A stretch of 64,000 nt of DNA from assembly GCF_988243305.1 (NCBI RefSeq), contig NZ_OZ547136.1; one strand, 5' to 3'. The notes under the pieces were generated by a model. That model was not told where the DNA came from. It searched no databases and worked only from the letters and a program-made list of their open reading frames with translations. Positions 34,090-45,729 of this stretch are shown in pieces; position 1 is the first letter of the stretch; each line of letters opens with the position of its first letter. A program made the translations under genes and the position numbers.

Positions 34090-34504
34090 TTGTTCTCCTT
34101 CATATGCTCCGACATTTCTCCTGCATTTCTATACGTCGGAACACTTCCGTTATCGGTAAAAACAAAGAAAAAATACGGCGTAATTAATTCAATAATCACA
34201 TTCACTGCAAAAATATATTCATTGGTTTAATACAATTAACCTATGCATATATTAAGATGTGTTGAATTGTTTAAAGACAATAATGCATGCATTTCAAATC
34301 TGCAAGTTATTCGTTTTATTATCAAAGAAATTTTTTAGTTATAATAATTACCATAAATTTTATTACATAAAATATTCATACTGTGAATATAAAATCTCAT
34401 ACCGGGAAATTAAAAGAAGATGTACATTGTGCACCTTCCCTACTTAAGTAGGGATAAACCGTTATTGGTCTTGTTATCGTCATTGATACCAATCATTCCC
34501 GAAG
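34090..34504 (-). promoter_or_regulatory. AT-rich casA-cas3 intergenic region; expected site of the Cascade operon promoter and divergent antisense promoter
   Basis: 415-bp strongly AT-rich non-coding segment directly upstream of casA; in E. coli type I-E loci this region carries the H-NS-repressed, LeuO-activated promoter (established knowledge; exact -10/-35 elements not pinned down here). Confidence 0.45.
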
Positions 34505-37171
34505 TTATTTGGGATTTGCAGGGATGACTCTGGTCATCCCTTCATCCCGAGTGTAGGTAATAACAATATTATTACCCTGCCAGATCCATCCATCCTGATT
34601 CTGTTTCCCTTCCAGCCAAAGTAACCCATCTTCATCTACTACTTCAGAAAAACTACGTTTCCAGGTGAAGGGTACATTGACGCGATTAAGTGCTAACGCC
34701 TCATACTGCTGTTCATGACTTAGGTCCTCGTAGACCTGGCCATCGAGCAGTTGTTTACCTGAAGACGTTTGTACATAAGGCAATAATGGCAGGCTCATTT
34801 CCCCATCCCTCGTTACCGCAAGAATGGTTTCATCGTTATCCTGCAAGCTATATTCTTCAGCCCACTGCAGAACCTTACGAGCCTTGAACCTTTTTTCACA
34901 CTCGGCGCTTTCAAACTTATCCATGCCTTTGATGACCCATTCTGGCTCATCCATTTCCGCATCATCGTAAATGCTATCCAGCCATTGCCGGTAGGCATCA
35001 GGGAAAAATAAGGATGCTCCATTAAGTTCCTCAATATGTTGCTGCGTCCGCCACATGACTCTAACGTTGCTATAAATATGCTCATGTCGTCCGTAACCTT
35101 CGCCATCAGGCAGCAAAATGGTGGCAAGAGGAATCTCAAAACCAACGGGGCGATATTTACGATGATGGCGATGTAAACGGCCCAATCGTTGGAAAAGCAA
35201 ATCTGCGGGACAATGCTGAGTAATTAACCAATCAAAATCAACGTCGAGTGATTGTTCCACGACCTGTGTGGCAACAAGTATTCTTCCAACATTTCGCTCC
35301 CCATTTTTCCCAAAATTACTAATAACACGATTCTCTTTTTCACGGCGATCGTTCAGCGTAAAGCGCGCATGAAACAAATCTATATCTACTTGCGTGTTAT
35401 TTAGTTCCTTTAACCGTTGGTGGCATAGTTGTGCAACATCAACCAAATTGCAGATAAGACAGACTTGTGCACCCGCATTTGCCGCTGCGATCATTCGCTC
35501 TAACATCGTAAGGTCAGGTAACATGTCAGCTAAATAAATAGGTTCTGGCTGAATCGAAAAGCGGGGCGGGAGTTGTTCTGGATGAGCTAACAGATCAAAA
35601 CGTTGCGCACCATTCACACCTCGCCAGTTAATGAGTGGATATGCGGAGTTATTTTCCTCTGGATCTGTATGCAGACCATAAGTATCCAGAAGTTTCTGTT
35701 TTTGTTTCATTGGTAGAGTTGCGGAAAGAAGAATAACACTCCCCCCCACATCAGCCTGAGCCTTGAGCACAGCCTCCAGCAAGCCGTTCATATACGTGTC
35801 GTAAGCATGAACTTCATCAACAATTAAAACACTTCGACCAATTCCCAAACCACGGATAAAGCGGTGTTTAACTGGCAATACCGATATCAACACCTGATCA
35901 ATCGTGCAAACGCCTATTTGCCCAAGAAACACTTTCTTATTGCTTTGTGACAACCATTGGCAACACTGAACCCACGCTTCTTCTTGCCCCTGCTCAGTAA
36001 ATGCGCGTGATTTTATTGATTGAAAAAGGTGGTTAAAACGTGAATTACCATGAGCAAGAATAAGATTTGGGGAGGTAAATAAACGGCTCGCGTTCGCTTC
36101 CATTCTGCTGAGCATTGCATTTGCAGTAGCTTGTGTAGGGAGGGCAAAAATAACACTATCCGCAAGTTGTTGGTCAATAAGTTTCCAGGCATAGGCCAGC
36201 GCTGTTTCGGTTTTACCTGATCCCGTAGGTGCCTCAATCACCGTCAGCCCGGGAGCTGTAGGAAGAGCATCAACCAACACCTGTAATTGTCTTGGTTGAT
36301 AGCCATTGTCCAGTAAGGCATGTACGCCGTCATAACTACGCTTATTTGATACAAGGCCACTCAACTCAAGTACCCGACACGCATCCTGTTGTCTATCCTG
36401 AAAATATTTTCTTAGCGCTTGTATGCCTGAAGGTGCATCTTCTTTGAATAGAAAGGTATCCGTTGTGGTCCAGGAACCTAACCAGTCAGCAAGCGAGCAA
36501 AAACCTGCTAACAATGATGAACAATCAGGTGGTATATCGTTTATAGATAACCCGGCTGGTGTTAAAAATAATGCTTCGAGTACAGATATCCACTCCTCAC
36601 GAGCCTGTTTATCTTGCGCAGCATAAGATGCCAGAGAAGCTGGCATTTCCCAACGCGACTTATCTTGATCCTGGGAATGTAATATAAAACCATGATGTCC
36701 TGTAACGGCCTCTACCCAAGGAAACCAGGACTCATAAGGATGAGGAGCGGCATCAAAAAAACTGAAAAAATCCCCGGGAGATTGCTCTGAAAGTGAATCC
36801 TGGTTAAACCAATACAGACCGGCTGCACCATGATTAAATTTACGGCACATTTGTGTTGATGGACCATTAAGTGATGGCGTTGCAGGATTTAATTTCAGCC
36901 AACTTTCTGCTGATTTATATTGGAATCGTATATCAAACTTTCCGATATCATGAAGGGCAATGAAAAATAACAGCCAGGCTTTCACCTTCTGTTTTGATAG
37001 CATTTCATTTCGGCAAAAAGCATTTTGTAGTACGACTGATTGATCCCACCAGCAATCTGCAACAGCTGCAACATCCAGGCAATGATAAATCAACAGATGA
37101 ATATCATTTCCTTTCGTCAGGCTTTTTGAGGATTTCCCCCAGTAATGACATATATATTTAAAAGGTTCCAT
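34505..37171 (-). CDS. cas3: CRISPR-associated nuclease/helicase Cas3 (type I-E)
   Basis: 888-aa ORF MEPFKYICHYWGKSSKSLTKGNDIHLLIYHCLDVAAV... with HD domain followed by DEAD/DEAH helicase motifs (APTGSGKT, DEVH). Confidence 0.95.
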   Translation of the reverse strand: MEPFKYICHYWGKSSKSLTKGNDIHLLIYHCLDVAAVADCWWDQSVVLQNAFCRNEMLSKQKVKAWLLFFIALHDIGKFDIRFQYKSAESWLKLNPATPSLNGPSTQMCRKFNHGAAGLYWFNQDSLSEQSPGDFFSFFDAAPHPYESWFPWVEAVTGHHGFILHSQDQDKSRWEMPASLASYAAQDKQAREEWISVLEALFLTPAGLSINDIPPDCSSLLAGFCSLADWLGSWTTTDTFLFKEDAPSGIQALRKYFQDRQQDACRVLELSGLVSNKRSYDGVHALLDNGYQPRQLQVLVDALPTAPGLTVIEAPTGSGKTETALAYAWKLIDQQLADSVIFALPTQATANAMLSRMEANASRLFTSPNLILAHGNSRFNHLFQSIKSRAFTEQGQEEAWVQCCQWLSQSNKKVFLGQIGVCTIDQVLISVLPVKHRFIRGLGIGRSVLIVDEVHAYDTYMNGLLEAVLKAQADVGGSVILLSATLPMKQKQKLLDTYGLHTDPEENNSAYPLINWRGVNGAQRFDLLAHPEQLPPRFSIQPEPIYLADMLPDLTMLERMIAAANAGAQVCLICNLVDVAQLCHQRLKELNNTQVDIDLFHARFTLNDRREKENRVISNFGKNGERNVGRILVATQVVEQSLDVDFDWLITQHCPADLLFQRLGRLHRHHRKYRPVGFEIPLATILLPDGEGYGRHEHIYSNVRVMWRTQQHIEELNGASLFFPDAYRQWLDSIYDDAEMDEPEWVIKGMDKFESAECEKRFKARKVLQWAEEYSLQDNDETILAVTRDGEMSLPLLPYVQTSSGKQLLDGQVYEDLSHEQQYEALALNRVNVPFTWKRSFSEVVDEDGLLWLEGKQNQDGWIWQGNNIVITYTRDEGMTRVIPANPK

Positions 37172-37477
37172 TAATAGCCTCCCTGTTTTTTTAGTATTAT
37201 CGATGATATCAGTGGACTATTTTTCGATGCTGCTCATAAATATCGAATTACAGTGATATACACATGTCTTGCCTCCCTGCAAAGAAGAGACTAACATTCG
37301 AATTGCTTAGGTTCGAACGCTGGCCTCAGGTTGATAGAAATATCGCCTGGGGCTTTTGTCCATCTGGAACCTCGCGAATGCTTAACGCCAGACAGCCTCA
37401 AGCACCCAACGCCATTCTATACCTGATAATTCTTCCAGCGGCGTTCACGTTTAAAATCAGGAATGCTGCTCGCAAAA

Positions 37478-37512
37478 TAAAAACGCCCCCATCATTTCTG
37501 ACAGAGGCGTTT
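37478..37512 (-). terminator. Candidate terminator downstream of cysH
   Basis: AACGCC...GGCGTT inverted repeat followed on the minus strand by TTTATTTTG; the loop is long so this is weak. Confidence 0.3.
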
Positions 37513-37529
37513 AATTTATCCGGCAATAT

Positions 37530-38264
37530 TTACCCTTCGTGTAACCCACATTCTCTTTTTAAGCCAAAGAAACGCGTTTCTTCTTCCGCCATGCCGGGTT
37601 CCCATTTACGGGTTGTATGGGTATCACCGACCGATAAATATCCTTCATCCCATAATGGGTGATATTTCAGGCCATGTTTTTGCAGGTACTGATAAATAGT
37701 TCGGTTATCCCAGTCGATAATCGGCAGCACTTTAAATACGCCACGCTGAATTGCCAGCACCGGTAAATTGGCGCGGCTGCCGGATTGTTCACGGCGCAGG
37801 CCAGCAAACCAGGTTTGCGCATTCAGTTCTTTCAGCGCCCGGTTCATCGGTTCGACTTTGTTGATGTCATTGTACTTTTCAATGCCTTCAACGCCCTGCT
37901 CCCATAGTTTACCGTAGCGTGCTTCCTGCCAGGCGGCGCTTTCGGTAGCGCGGTACACTTTCAGGTTGAGCTTGAGTTTGTCCGTTAACTCGTCAATAAA
38001 GCGGTAGGTTTCCGGGAACAAGTAACCCGTATCGGTGAGGATCACTGGAATATCCGGGCGAATCTGATTCACCAGATGCAGGCTCACCGCCGCCTGAATG
38101 CCAAAGCTGGAAGAAAGTACATATTCACCGGGCAGATTATCCAGCGCCCAGGCAACGCGGCCTTCAGCGTCCAGTTTTTCCAGTTCGGCGTTAGTTTCCG
38201 CCAGCGCCAGAATGCGATCTACCTTCGGCAGTTCGTTCAGGGCGTTTAGATCGAGTTTGGACAT
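37530..38264 (-). CDS. cysH: Phosphoadenosine phosphosulfate (PAPS) reductase
   Basis: ORF contains [44 protein letters not shown]...; start placed at the ATG giving MSKLD (the track ORF extends upstream through the REP element). Confidence 0.93.
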   Translation of the reverse strand: MSKLDLNALNELPKVDRILALAETNAELEKLDAEGRVAWALDNLPGEYVLSSSFGIQAAVSLHLVNQIRPDIPVILTDTGYLFPETYRFIDELTDKLKLNLKVYRATESAAWQEARYGKLWEQGVEGIEKYNDINKVEPMNRALKELNAQTWFAGLRREQSGSRANLPVLAIQRGVFKVLPIIDWDNRTIYQYLQKHGLKYHPLWDEGYLSVGDTHTTRKWEPGMAEEETRFFGLKRECGLHEG

Positions 38265-38279
38265 AAGTTCCTCACAGTT

Positions 38280-38330
38280 TGCCTTGCCTGATGCGACGCT
38301 CACGCGTCTTATCAGGCCTACAAGACCGGG
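38280..38330. repeat. REP (repetitive extragenic palindromic) element between cysI and cysH
   Basis: GCCTGATGCGACGCTCACGCGTCTTATCAGGCCTACAAG, the classic E. coli REP signature. Confidence 0.75.
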
Positions 38331-38337
38331 CTGATGG

Positions 38338-40050
38338 TTAATCCCACAAATCGCGCGCCGGATCGAGCACCGGGCGAATGATGCCCGCACGCACCGTAAA
38401 GTCGCCGAAGCCTTCACCCGCTTCGCGCTCTTTCGCCCACCGCCCTATCAGTTCATCAAGCGACGCCAGGATTTCCGACTCGGTGATGTTTTCTTTATAC
38501 ATCCGTGGGATACGTGTCCCAATGCGGTTGCCGCCAAGATGCAGGTTGTAGCGACCCGGCGCTTTACCCACCAGGCCCACTTCCGCCAGCATCGCGCGAC
38601 CACAACCGTTCGGGCAGCCTGTTACACGCATCACGATATGCTCATCGCTGACACTATGTTTCGCCATTAAATTATCGATGTTGTCGATAAAAGACGGCAG
38701 GAAACGCTCCGCTTCCGCCATCGCCAGCGGGCAAGTCGGGAATGACACGCAGGCCATTGAGTTTTCACGCTGTGGCGTGACGGCATTCATTAACCCGCTC
38801 TCTTTGGCGATCTTCTCGATCTTCGCTTTCTCGCTTTCCGGTACACCCGCGATGATAAGATTCTGGTTCGCCGTAATGCGGAAATCACCTTTGTGGATCT
38901 TCGCGATCTCCAGCAGGCCAGTTTTCAGCGGACGCCCCGGATAATCAAGGATGCGTCCATTTTCGATAAACAGCGTCAGGTGCCAGTTATCATCAATACC
39001 TTTAACCCAGCCAATACGATCGCCGCGTCCGGTAAACTCATACGGACGAATCGGTTCAAATTTGATCCCCGCGCGACGCTCCACTTCCGCTTTAAACGTC
39101 TCAACCCCCACGCGCTCCAGCGTGTATTTGGTTTTGGCATTTTTACGATCGGTTCGGTTACCCCAGTCACGCTGAGTTGTCACGACGGCTTCCGCCACCG
39201 CCAGCGTATGCTCCAGCGGCAGATAACCAAACTCACTCGCCGTGCGGGCGTAGGTTTTCTTGTTGCCGTGTTCGATGGAAAGCCCACCGCCCACCAGCAG
39301 GTTAAAGCCAACCAGCTTGCCGTTTTCGGCGATTGCCACGAAGTTCATGTCGTTGGCATGCAGATCGATATCGTTCTGCGGCGGGATCACTACCGTGGTT
39401 TTGAATTTACGCGGCAAATAAGTCTGACCGAGGATCGGTTCTTCATCGGTGGTGGCGACTTTTTCCTGATCGAGCCAGATCTCCGCATACGCGCGGGTAC
39501 GTGGCAGCAGATGTTCAGAGATTTTCTTCGCCCATTCATATGCTTCCGCGTGCAACTGCGACTCGTAAGGGTTCGAGGTGCAGAGTACGTTACGGTTCAT
39601 GTCGTTAGCAGTCGCCAGCGCATCAAGACCGACCGAGTGCAGCATCTGGTGCACCGGTTTGACGTTCTTTTTCAGAATGCCGTGGAACTGGAACGTCTGG
39701 CGGTTGGTCAGGCGAATGCTGCCATAAATGGTGTTTTCACCGGCAAATTTATCGATCGCCTGCCACTGTTTGGTGGTGATCACGCCACCCGGCAGACGGC
39801 AGCGCAACAGCATCGCGTGGCGCGGCTCCAGCTTCTGTTCAGCACGTCCGGCGCGAATGTCGCGGTCATCCTGTTGATACATGCCGTGGAAGCGGATCAG
39901 CAGAAAGTTATCGCCCTTAAAGCCGCCGGTCAGACCGTCGTTTAAATCTTCCGCAATGGTGCCGCGCAGGTAGTTGCTTTCAAGCTTCATGCGCTCGGCG
40001 TCTGTCAGTTTTCCTTCGACCACTAAAGGCCCTGGATGTTTTTCGCTCAT
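38338..40050 (-). CDS. cysI: Sulfite reductase hemoprotein beta subunit
   Basis: 570-aa [47 protein letters not shown]... Confidence 0.95.
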   Translation of the reverse strand: MSEKHPGPLVVEGKLTDAERMKLESNYLRGTIAEDLNDGLTGGFKGDNFLLIRFHGMYQQDDRDIRAGRAEQKLEPRHAMLLRCRLPGGVITTKQWQAIDKFAGENTIYGSIRLTNRQTFQFHGILKKNVKPVHQMLHSVGLDALATANDMNRNVLCTSNPYESQLHAEAYEWAKKISEHLLPRTRAYAEIWLDQEKVATTDEEPILGQTYLPRKFKTTVVIPPQNDIDLHANDMNFVAIAENGKLVGFNLLVGGGLSIEHGNKKTYARTASEFGYLPLEHTLAVAEAVVTTQRDWGNRTDRKNAKTKYTLERVGVETFKAEVERRAGIKFEPIRPYEFTGRGDRIGWVKGIDDNWHLTLFIENGRILDYPGRPLKTGLLEIAKIHKGDFRITANQNLIIAGVPESEKAKIEKIAKESGLMNAVTPQRENSMACVSFPTCPLAMAEAERFLPSFIDNIDNLMAKHSVSDEHIVMRVTGCPNGCGRAMLAEVGLVGKAPGRYNLHLGGNRIGTRIPRMYKENITESEILASLDELIGRWAKEREAGEGFGDFTVRAGIIRPVLDPARDLWD

Positions 40051-41849
40051 TAGTAGACATCTCGCTGATAACGGCGCTCTACGCGCAGCTCACTTAAAAA
40101 TTCATCCGCCGCTTCGGTGTCCATGCCACCAAATTCGGCAATCACTTCCAGAAGTGCCTGCTCAACATCTTTCGCCATGCGATTAGCGTCGCCGCAGACA
40201 TAAATGTGGGCACCGTCATTGATCCAGCGCCACAGCTCCGCGCCCTGTTCGCGCAGTTTGTCTTGTACATAAACTTTTTCTTTTTGGTCGCGCGACCAGG
40301 CAAGATCGATGCGGCTCAATACGCCTTCTTTCACGTAGCGCTGCCACTCCACCTGGTAGAGGAAATCTTCCGTAAAGTGCGGGTTGCCAAAGAACAACCA
40401 GTTTTTACCCGGCGCTTCGTCAGCGGCGCGCTGCTGCATAAAGGCGCGGAACGGCGCGATGCCGGTGCCTGGGCCAATCATAATCACCGGGGTTTCTGGG
40501 TTGGCTGGCAGGCGGAAGTTGTCGTTATGTTCGATAAATACGCGGACTTCGCCCTCTTCTTCCACGCGGTCCGCGAGGAAGCTGGAGGCACCACCGGCAC
40601 GGGCGCGGCCTTCCACGTCGTAACGCACCACACCAACGGTAACGTGCACTTCGTTCTCGACTTCCGCCTGCGAGGAGGCGATGGAATACAGGCGCGGGGT
40701 CAGCGGGCGCAACAGGTTAATCAGCGCTTCGGCATCCAGTTGCGCCGGAGAGAAACGCACCATGTCGACAATCGGCGTGGTCGCGGCGTAATGCTGTAAC
40801 TTCGCTTTATCGCCCACCAGCGGCAGCAGCGTTTCGCTGCGGGTAAGCGTGGCATAGTTCTCAACAATGTTGGCGGTGTTGACGGTCAGTTCGAAGTGCC
40901 ACTGTAGCGCTTCGTTCAGAGGCAACGTTTTGCCCTCGACGGTGACAGGTTCATCACCTTTCAGCCACAGCAGTTCGACAAGTTCTTTCACCAGTGCCGG
41001 ATCGTTCTGATACCAGACGCCCAGCGCGTCACCCGGCTGGTAACGCAGGCCCGAGTCACCTAAGTCAATTTCGATATGGCGAACGTCTTTTTCAGAGTTA
41101 CGCCCGGTAATTTTCTGGTTAACAGAGAGGCTCGCCACCAGCGGCGCGTCTTTGCTGTACGGGCTGGTGTGGATTTCATTTACCGCGCCAGTAGCGACGG
41201 ATTGCGAAGGTGCCGCGACAGGCGCACGCGATTTAAGCGCATCAACCACGCGGGCGCGCCACTCGATGGCAGCAGCCTGGTATTCAACGTCGGCATCGAC
41301 ACGGTCGAGCAGGCGTTCACCGCCCAGTTCCGCCAGCTTGCTGTCAAAATCTTTCCCGGACTGGCAGAAAAATTCATAAGAGCTATCGCCGAGGCTAAAC
41401 ACGGCAAATGCGGTGTTTTCCAGCTTCGGCGCTTTTTTGGAGAACAGGAACTTATGCAGCGCGACGGCTTCTTCCGGCGGTTCCCCTTCTCCTTGCGTTG
41501 ACGTCACCACGATAAGCAGTTTTTCGCTGGCGATTTGTTTGAATTTATAGTCGCCCGCGTTCACCAGCTTAACGTTCAGTTTTGCCGCCAATAAATCATC
41601 GCGTAACGCTTCAGCAACCCGGCGCGCATTGCCGGTTTGTGAAGCGGAGATAATAGTTATACCCGGCATTTCTGCGGCGGGCGCTGGCGTCGCTGCAAGC
41701 GCAGCTGGCTGCTGGTTGAGCACGCCCCAGAAATAGCCAGAAACCCAGGCAAGCTGGGTGGGAGTTAAATCGGTCGTGGCCGCCTGAAGGCGTGCCAGTT
41801 GCTCCGGGTTCAACGGAAGCAACGCGGAAGGTGGGACCTGTGTCGTCAT
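40050..41849 (-). CDS. cysJ: Sulfite reductase flavoprotein alpha subunit
   Basis: 599-aa [45 protein letters not shown]... Confidence 0.95.
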   Translation of the reverse strand: MTTQVPPSALLPLNPEQLARLQAATTDLTPTQLAWVSGYFWGVLNQQPAALAATPAPAAEMPGITIISASQTGNARRVAEALRDDLLAAKLNVKLVNAGDYKFKQIASEKLLIVVTSTQGEGEPPEEAVALHKFLFSKKAPKLENTAFAVFSLGDSSYEFFCQSGKDFDSKLAELGGERLLDRVDADVEYQAAAIEWRARVVDALKSRAPVAAPSQSVATGAVNEIHTSPYSKDAPLVASLSVNQKITGRNSEKDVRHIEIDLGDSGLRYQPGDALGVWYQNDPALVKELVELLWLKGDEPVTVEGKTLPLNEALQWHFELTVNTANIVENYATLTRSETLLPLVGDKAKLQHYAATTPIVDMVRFSPAQLDAEALINLLRPLTPRLYSIASSQAEVENEVHVTVGVVRYDVEGRARAGGASSFLADRVEEEGEVRVFIEHNDNFRLPANPETPVIMIGPGTGIAPFRAFMQQRAADEAPGKNWLFFGNPHFTEDFLYQVEWQRYVKEGVLSRIDLAWSRDQKEKVYVQDKLREQGAELWRWINDGAHIYVCGDANRMAKDVEQALLEVIAEFGGMDTEAADEFLSELRVERRYQRDVY

Positions 41850-42164
41850 GCGTCGTTATGTTCCAGTAAGCAAAGCTGTTTCTGCGCCCTGTCAGCGCCC
41901 ATAAAACAGAAGAGAAGGTAAGGTTAACGGGGTGAACGGTGTGGATTAAAGACGGGATAGCGATAACTAATAACCAAATCGACTAACCTGTTTTAGCAAT
42001 AGTCTTTAACAACAAAATAGATTAACCAACCCAATGAAAAACAAATGAATTTAGCCAATCATTAAGATAAATCAGCGATTTTGCGCAACAAAGTCGTTTT
42101 AGATAATGCGAAAAAACAGCCTTTCCGGTACTCTACGGCGGTTTTATCGTCCTGTAGAGAAATT

Positions 42165-42530
42165 ATGATGTCCACCACGTTATTTAAAGATTTCACCTTC
42201 GAAGCCGCTCACCGCTTACCACACGTCCCGGAAGGACATAAATGTGGTCGCCTGCACGGGCATTCCTTTATGGTGCGACTGGAAATTACCGGGGAAGTCG
42301 ATCCGCATACGGGCTGGATTATCGATTTCGCTGAACTGAAAGCGGCGTTTAAGCCAACTTATGAGCGCCTCGATCACCATTATCTCAATGATATTCCAGG
42401 TCTGGAAAACCCAACCAGCGAAGTTTTAGCAAAATGGATTTGGGATCAGGTTAAACCCGTTGTGCCGCTGTTAAGTGCGGTGATGGTAAAAGAAACCTGT
42501 ACTGCAGGCTGTATCTATCGCGGCGAATGA
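42165..42530 (+). CDS. queD: 6-carboxy-5,6,7,8-tetrahydropterin synthase QueD
   Basis: ORF contains [35 protein letters not shown]...; start placed at the internal ATG. Confidence 0.9.
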   Translation: MMSTTLFKDFTFEAAHRLPHVPEGHKCGRLHGHSFMVRLEITGEVDPHTGWIIDFAELKAAFKPTYERLDHHYLNDIPGLENPTSEVLAKWIWDQVKPVVPLLSAVMVKETCTAGCIYRGE

Positions 42531-42607
42531 TAAGAGTGTGTCGGCGGTCAATTTCCCTTAAGTAACGCTATGTTAGGGTGTTGTGTTCTGGATATCTGAG
42601 GCATGAC

Positions 42608-43879
42608 ATGGAAGACGACTGCGACATTATTATTATTGGTGCCGGTATTGCAGGCACCGCTTGCGCGTTACGCTGCGCGCGAGCGGGTTTATCCGTTTTG
42701 TTACTCGAACGCGCTGAAATCCCCGGCAGCAAAAATCTTTCCGGCGGGCGGTTATATACCCATGCACTCGCGGAACTCCTCCCGCAGTTTCACCTGACCG
42801 CGCCTCTTGAACGACGCATCACTCACGAAATCCTTTCCCTGTTAACGCCGGATGGCGCAACGACGTTTTCCAGCTTACAGCCCAGCGGTGAATCCTGGAG
42901 TGTATTACGTGCACGCTTCGATCCGTGGCTGGTTGCCGAAGCTGAAAAAGAAGGTGTCGAATGCATCCCTGGTGCGACGGTGGATGCGCTGTATGAAGAA
43001 AACGGCAGGGTGTGTGGTGTCATTTGTGGTGACGATATTCTCCGCGCCCGTTATGTGGTGCTGGCAGAAGGTGCCAACAGCGTCCTGGCTGAGCGTCACG
43101 GGTTAGTGACTCGTCCTGCTGGCGAAGCGATGGCGTTGGGGATCAAAGAAGTGCTGTCGCTGGAAACATCCGCTATTGAAGAACGTTTTCATCTGGAGAA
43201 TAACGAAGGCGCAGCGTTGCTGTTCAGCGGCGGGATCTGTGATGACTTACCCGGCGGCGCATTTCTTTATACTAATCAACAAACGCTCTCGTTAGGGATT
43301 GTTTGCCCGCTCTCTTCACTTACGCAAAGTCGTGTTCCGGCAAGCGAGCTGCTGGCTCGCTTTAAAACGCATCCGGCAGTGCGCCCGCTTATCAAAAACA
43401 CGGAATCACTGGAGTATGGTGCGCATCTGGTGCCAGAAGGTGGCTTACACAGTATGCCGATGCAATACGCCGGTAACGGCTGGCTGCTGGTGGGCGATGC
43501 GTTGCGCAGTTGCGTCAATACCGGAATTTCCGTGCGCGGCATGGATATGGCGCTAACTGGCGCGCAGGCGGCGGCACAAACGCTGATAAGCGCCTGCCAG
43601 CACCGCGAGCCGCAAAATCTGTTTGCGCTTTATCATCACAACGTCGAGCGCAGCCTGCTATGGGATGTTCTACAACGTTATCAGCATGTTCCGGCGCTTT
43701 TGCAACGCCCTGGATGGTACCGTGCGTGGCCTGCGTTAATGCAGGATATTTCCCGCGATTTATGGGATCAGGGTGATAAACCTGTTCCACCGCTGCGCCA
43801 GTTATTCTGGCGTCATTTACGTCGTCACGGCCTGTGGCATCTGGCGGGCGATGTTATCAGGAGTCTGCGATGTCTGTAG
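42608..43879 (+). CDS. ygcN: FAD-dependent oxidoreductase, FixC/ETF-QO-like
   Basis: ORF contains MEDDCDIIIIGAGIAGTACALRCARAGLSVLLLER (Rossmann GxGxxG); symbol assigned from K-12-like gene order. Confidence 0.8.
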   Translation: MEDDCDIIIIGAGIAGTACALRCARAGLSVLLLERAEIPGSKNLSGGRLYTHALAELLPQFHLTAPLERRITHEILSLLTPDGATTFSSLQPSGESWSVLRARFDPWLVAEAEKEGVECIPGATVDALYEENGRVCGVICGDDILRARYVVLAEGANSVLAERHGLVTRPAGEAMALGIKEVLSLETSAIEERFHLENNEGAALLFSGGICDDLPGGAFLYTNQQTLSLGIVCPLSSLTQSRVPASELLARFKTHPAVRPLIKNTESLEYGAHLVPEGGLHSMPMQYAGNGWLLVGDALRSCVNTGISVRGMDMALTGAQAAAQTLISACQHREPQNLFALYHHNVERSLLWDVLQRYQHVPALLQRPGWYRAWPALMQDISRDLWDQGDKPVPPLRQLFWRHLRRHGLWHLAGDVIRSLRCL

Positions 43880-44130
43880 CCCGTAATCTCTGGCGCGTTG
43901 CCGATGCGCCGCACATTGTTCCGGCTGACTCCGTTGAGCGTCAGACGGTACAACGGTTGATTAACGCTTGTCCGGCTGGTCTTTTTTCGCTCACACCGGA
44001 AGGTGACTTACGCGTTGATTATCGCGGCTGCCTGGAGTGTGGCACCTGCCGTTTGCTGTGCGACGAATCAACACTACAACAGTGGCGCTATCCGCCTTCC
44101 GGATTCGGCATCACCTACCGTTTTGGATAA
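43870..44130 (+). CDS. ygcO: Ferredoxin-like protein, FixX-like
   Basis: Small ORF MSVARNLWRVADAPHIVPADSVERQTVQRLINACPAGLFSL... with Cys cluster CLECGTCRLLC. Confidence 0.75.
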   Translation: MSVARNLWRVADAPHIVPADSVERQTVQRLINACPAGLFSLTPEGDLRVDYRGCLECGTCRLLCDESTLQQWRYPPSGFGITYRFG

Positions 44131-44146
44131 ATAATAAGGATAATTT

Positions 44147-44722
44147 ATGCCCCTCTTACACCTGCTCCGCCAGAATCCGGTGATTGCTGCCGTTAAAGAT
44201 AATGCCAGCCTGCAACTGGCAATCGACTCTGAATGCCAGTTTATTTCCGTGTTGTACGGCAATATCTGCACCATCAGTAATATCGTTAAAAAGATTAAGA
44301 ACGCCGGAAAATATGCTTTTATTCATGTTGATTTGCTGGAAGGCGCGTCAAATAAAGAAGTGGTGATTCAGTTTTTGAAACTGGTGACTGAGGCGGACGG
44401 CATTATCAGTACCAAAGCCTCAATGCTGAAAGCAGCAAGAGCGGAAGGTTTTTTCTGTATTCATCGCCTGTTTATTGTTGATTCAATTTCGTTTCACAAC
44501 ATTGATAAGCAAGTTGCGCAATCGAATCCGGATTGTATTGAGATCCTGCCTGGCTGTATGCCCAAAGTGCTGGGCTGGGTGACGGAGAAAATCCGCCAAC
44601 CGCTGATTGCTGGCGGGCTGGTGTGCGATGAAGAAGATGCGCGTAATGCGATTAACGCAGGTGTCGTGGCGCTTTCCACCACGAATACCGGGGTCTGGAC
44701 GCTAGCGAAAAAATTGCTTTGA
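44147..44722 (+). CDS. ygcP: GlpP-like glycerol-3-phosphate responsive antiterminator family protein
   Basis: 191-aa ORF MPLLHLLRQNPVIAAVKDNASLQLAIDSECQFISVLYGNICT... Confidence 0.75.
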   Translation: MPLLHLLRQNPVIAAVKDNASLQLAIDSECQFISVLYGNICTISNIVKKIKNAGKYAFIHVDLLEGASNKEVVIQFLKLVTEADGIISTKASMLKAARAEGFFCIHRLFIVDSISFHNIDKQVAQSNPDCIEILPGCMPKVLGWVTEKIRQPLIAGGLVCDEEDARNAINAGVVALSTTNTGVWTLAKKLL

Positions 44723-44756
44723 CGGGATAATCGTAACGAATTGAATTTGTGTGATT

Positions 44757-44868
44757 TGTAGGCTGCACGCCACATCCGACATTCAGCGTCTGATGCGACG
44801 CTTGACGCGTCTTATCAGGCCTACAAGTCCCCAGGCCAGAACCGTAGGCAGGATCATCCGGCTGCACG
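44757..44868. repeat. BIME/REP cluster between ygcP and ygcQ
   Basis: GTAGGCTGCACGCC...GCGTCTGATGCGACGCTTGACGCGTCTTATCAGGCCTACAAG...GTAGGCAGGATCATCCGGCTGCACG: several REP-type palindromes in alternating orientation. Confidence 0.7.
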
Positions 44869-45729
44869 TTATTGGCAATCTGCGTGAATGTTTGTCACCA
44901 GTGCCTCCAGCACCACTTTCCAGTCATCAACCACGCCAACATCTGCCTGTGAAAATACCGCTGCACTGGCGTCATGATTAATCGCCACCACAAACTTGCT
45001 ATTGCGTACGCCCGCCATTAACGCTGCTGCGCCGGAAGCGCCAACAACAATACACACCTCAGGTGCCAGCAGATGTCCAGAAATACCAATCACTTTTTCG
45101 GCATCAACGCCACCGTTCATCACTCGTGCCCGACTGTAGCCCACTTCGGCTCCCAGCTTTTCTGCCAGCATAGCGATTTCCTGGTTATCTGCCTCTCCGC
45201 CCTGCCCCACCACCAGCACCCGTCTGGCCTCAGCTAATGGGTCGCGGGTAACATTTTTCAGGTTTTCTATGCTAACCAGCCAGTCGGGAAGCGCACCTGG
45301 GACAATTTTCAGTTGCTGCATACCAGAGGGCAACGTGGCGTTTTTCGCTGCTCCCGCCTGACGCGCCAGGGAAAGGCATAGCGGGCGTTTTTCTGTTTGC
45401 AGCGTCGCCGTTAGCGCATTTCCCCAGTGGGATTTGCGCACGCTTACGGTTGAAATATCTAACGAAGTCACCTGGCAGATGCTTGCACCATGTAAACGCC
45501 AGGCCAGCCGGGTCGACAGTTCATCACCAAACGTTCCCGGCGGAAAGAGAACAACGTCCGCTGGCGTTCGCTGCCACTGTTCCACCAGCGCATCCAGCAC
45601 CTGTTCCGCCACTACGGGCTGAGGTTCAATCTGCCAGTGTGCCAGGGTACAACCGCTGAAATCCTGTTCTGCCAGCCAGCTCGCTATTGCGGCATTCTCC
45701 TGATTTATTGTCACAATTGCGAGATTCAT
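44869..45729 (-). CDS. ygcQ: Electron transfer flavoprotein alpha-subunit-like (FixB-like)
   Basis: ORF contains MNLAIVTINQENAAIASWLAEQDFSGCTLAHWQIEPQ... Confidence 0.8.
   Translation of the reverse strand: MNLAIVTINQENAAIASWLAEQDFSGCTLAHWQIEPQPVVAEQVLDALVEQWQRTPADVVLFPPGTFGDELSTRLAWRLHGASICQVTSLDISTVSVRKSHWGNALTATLQTEKRPLCLSLARQAGAAKNATLPSGMQQLKIVPGALPDWLVSIENLKNVTRDPLAEARRVLVVGQGGEADNQEIAMLAEKLGAEVGYSRARVMNGGVDAEKVIGISGHLLAPEVCIVVGASGAAALMAGVRNSKFVVAINHDASAAVFSQADVGVVDDWKVVLEALVTNIHADCQ

Noticed and set aside
34259-34447. 62-aa ORF in the casA-cas3 intergenic region
   Set aside because: Very AT-rich, implausible codon composition; region is better explained as promoter DNA.
37264-37662. 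132-aa plus-strand ORF in the cas3-cysH intergenic region
   Set aside because: Overlaps the cysH 3' end on the opposite strand, has low-complexity composition and no start context; treated as intergenic regulatory DNA.
38893-39945. 350-aa plus-strand ORF
   Set aside because: Fully antisense to cysI, which has an unambiguous sulfite reductase translation; long antisense ORFs are common in GC-rich genes.
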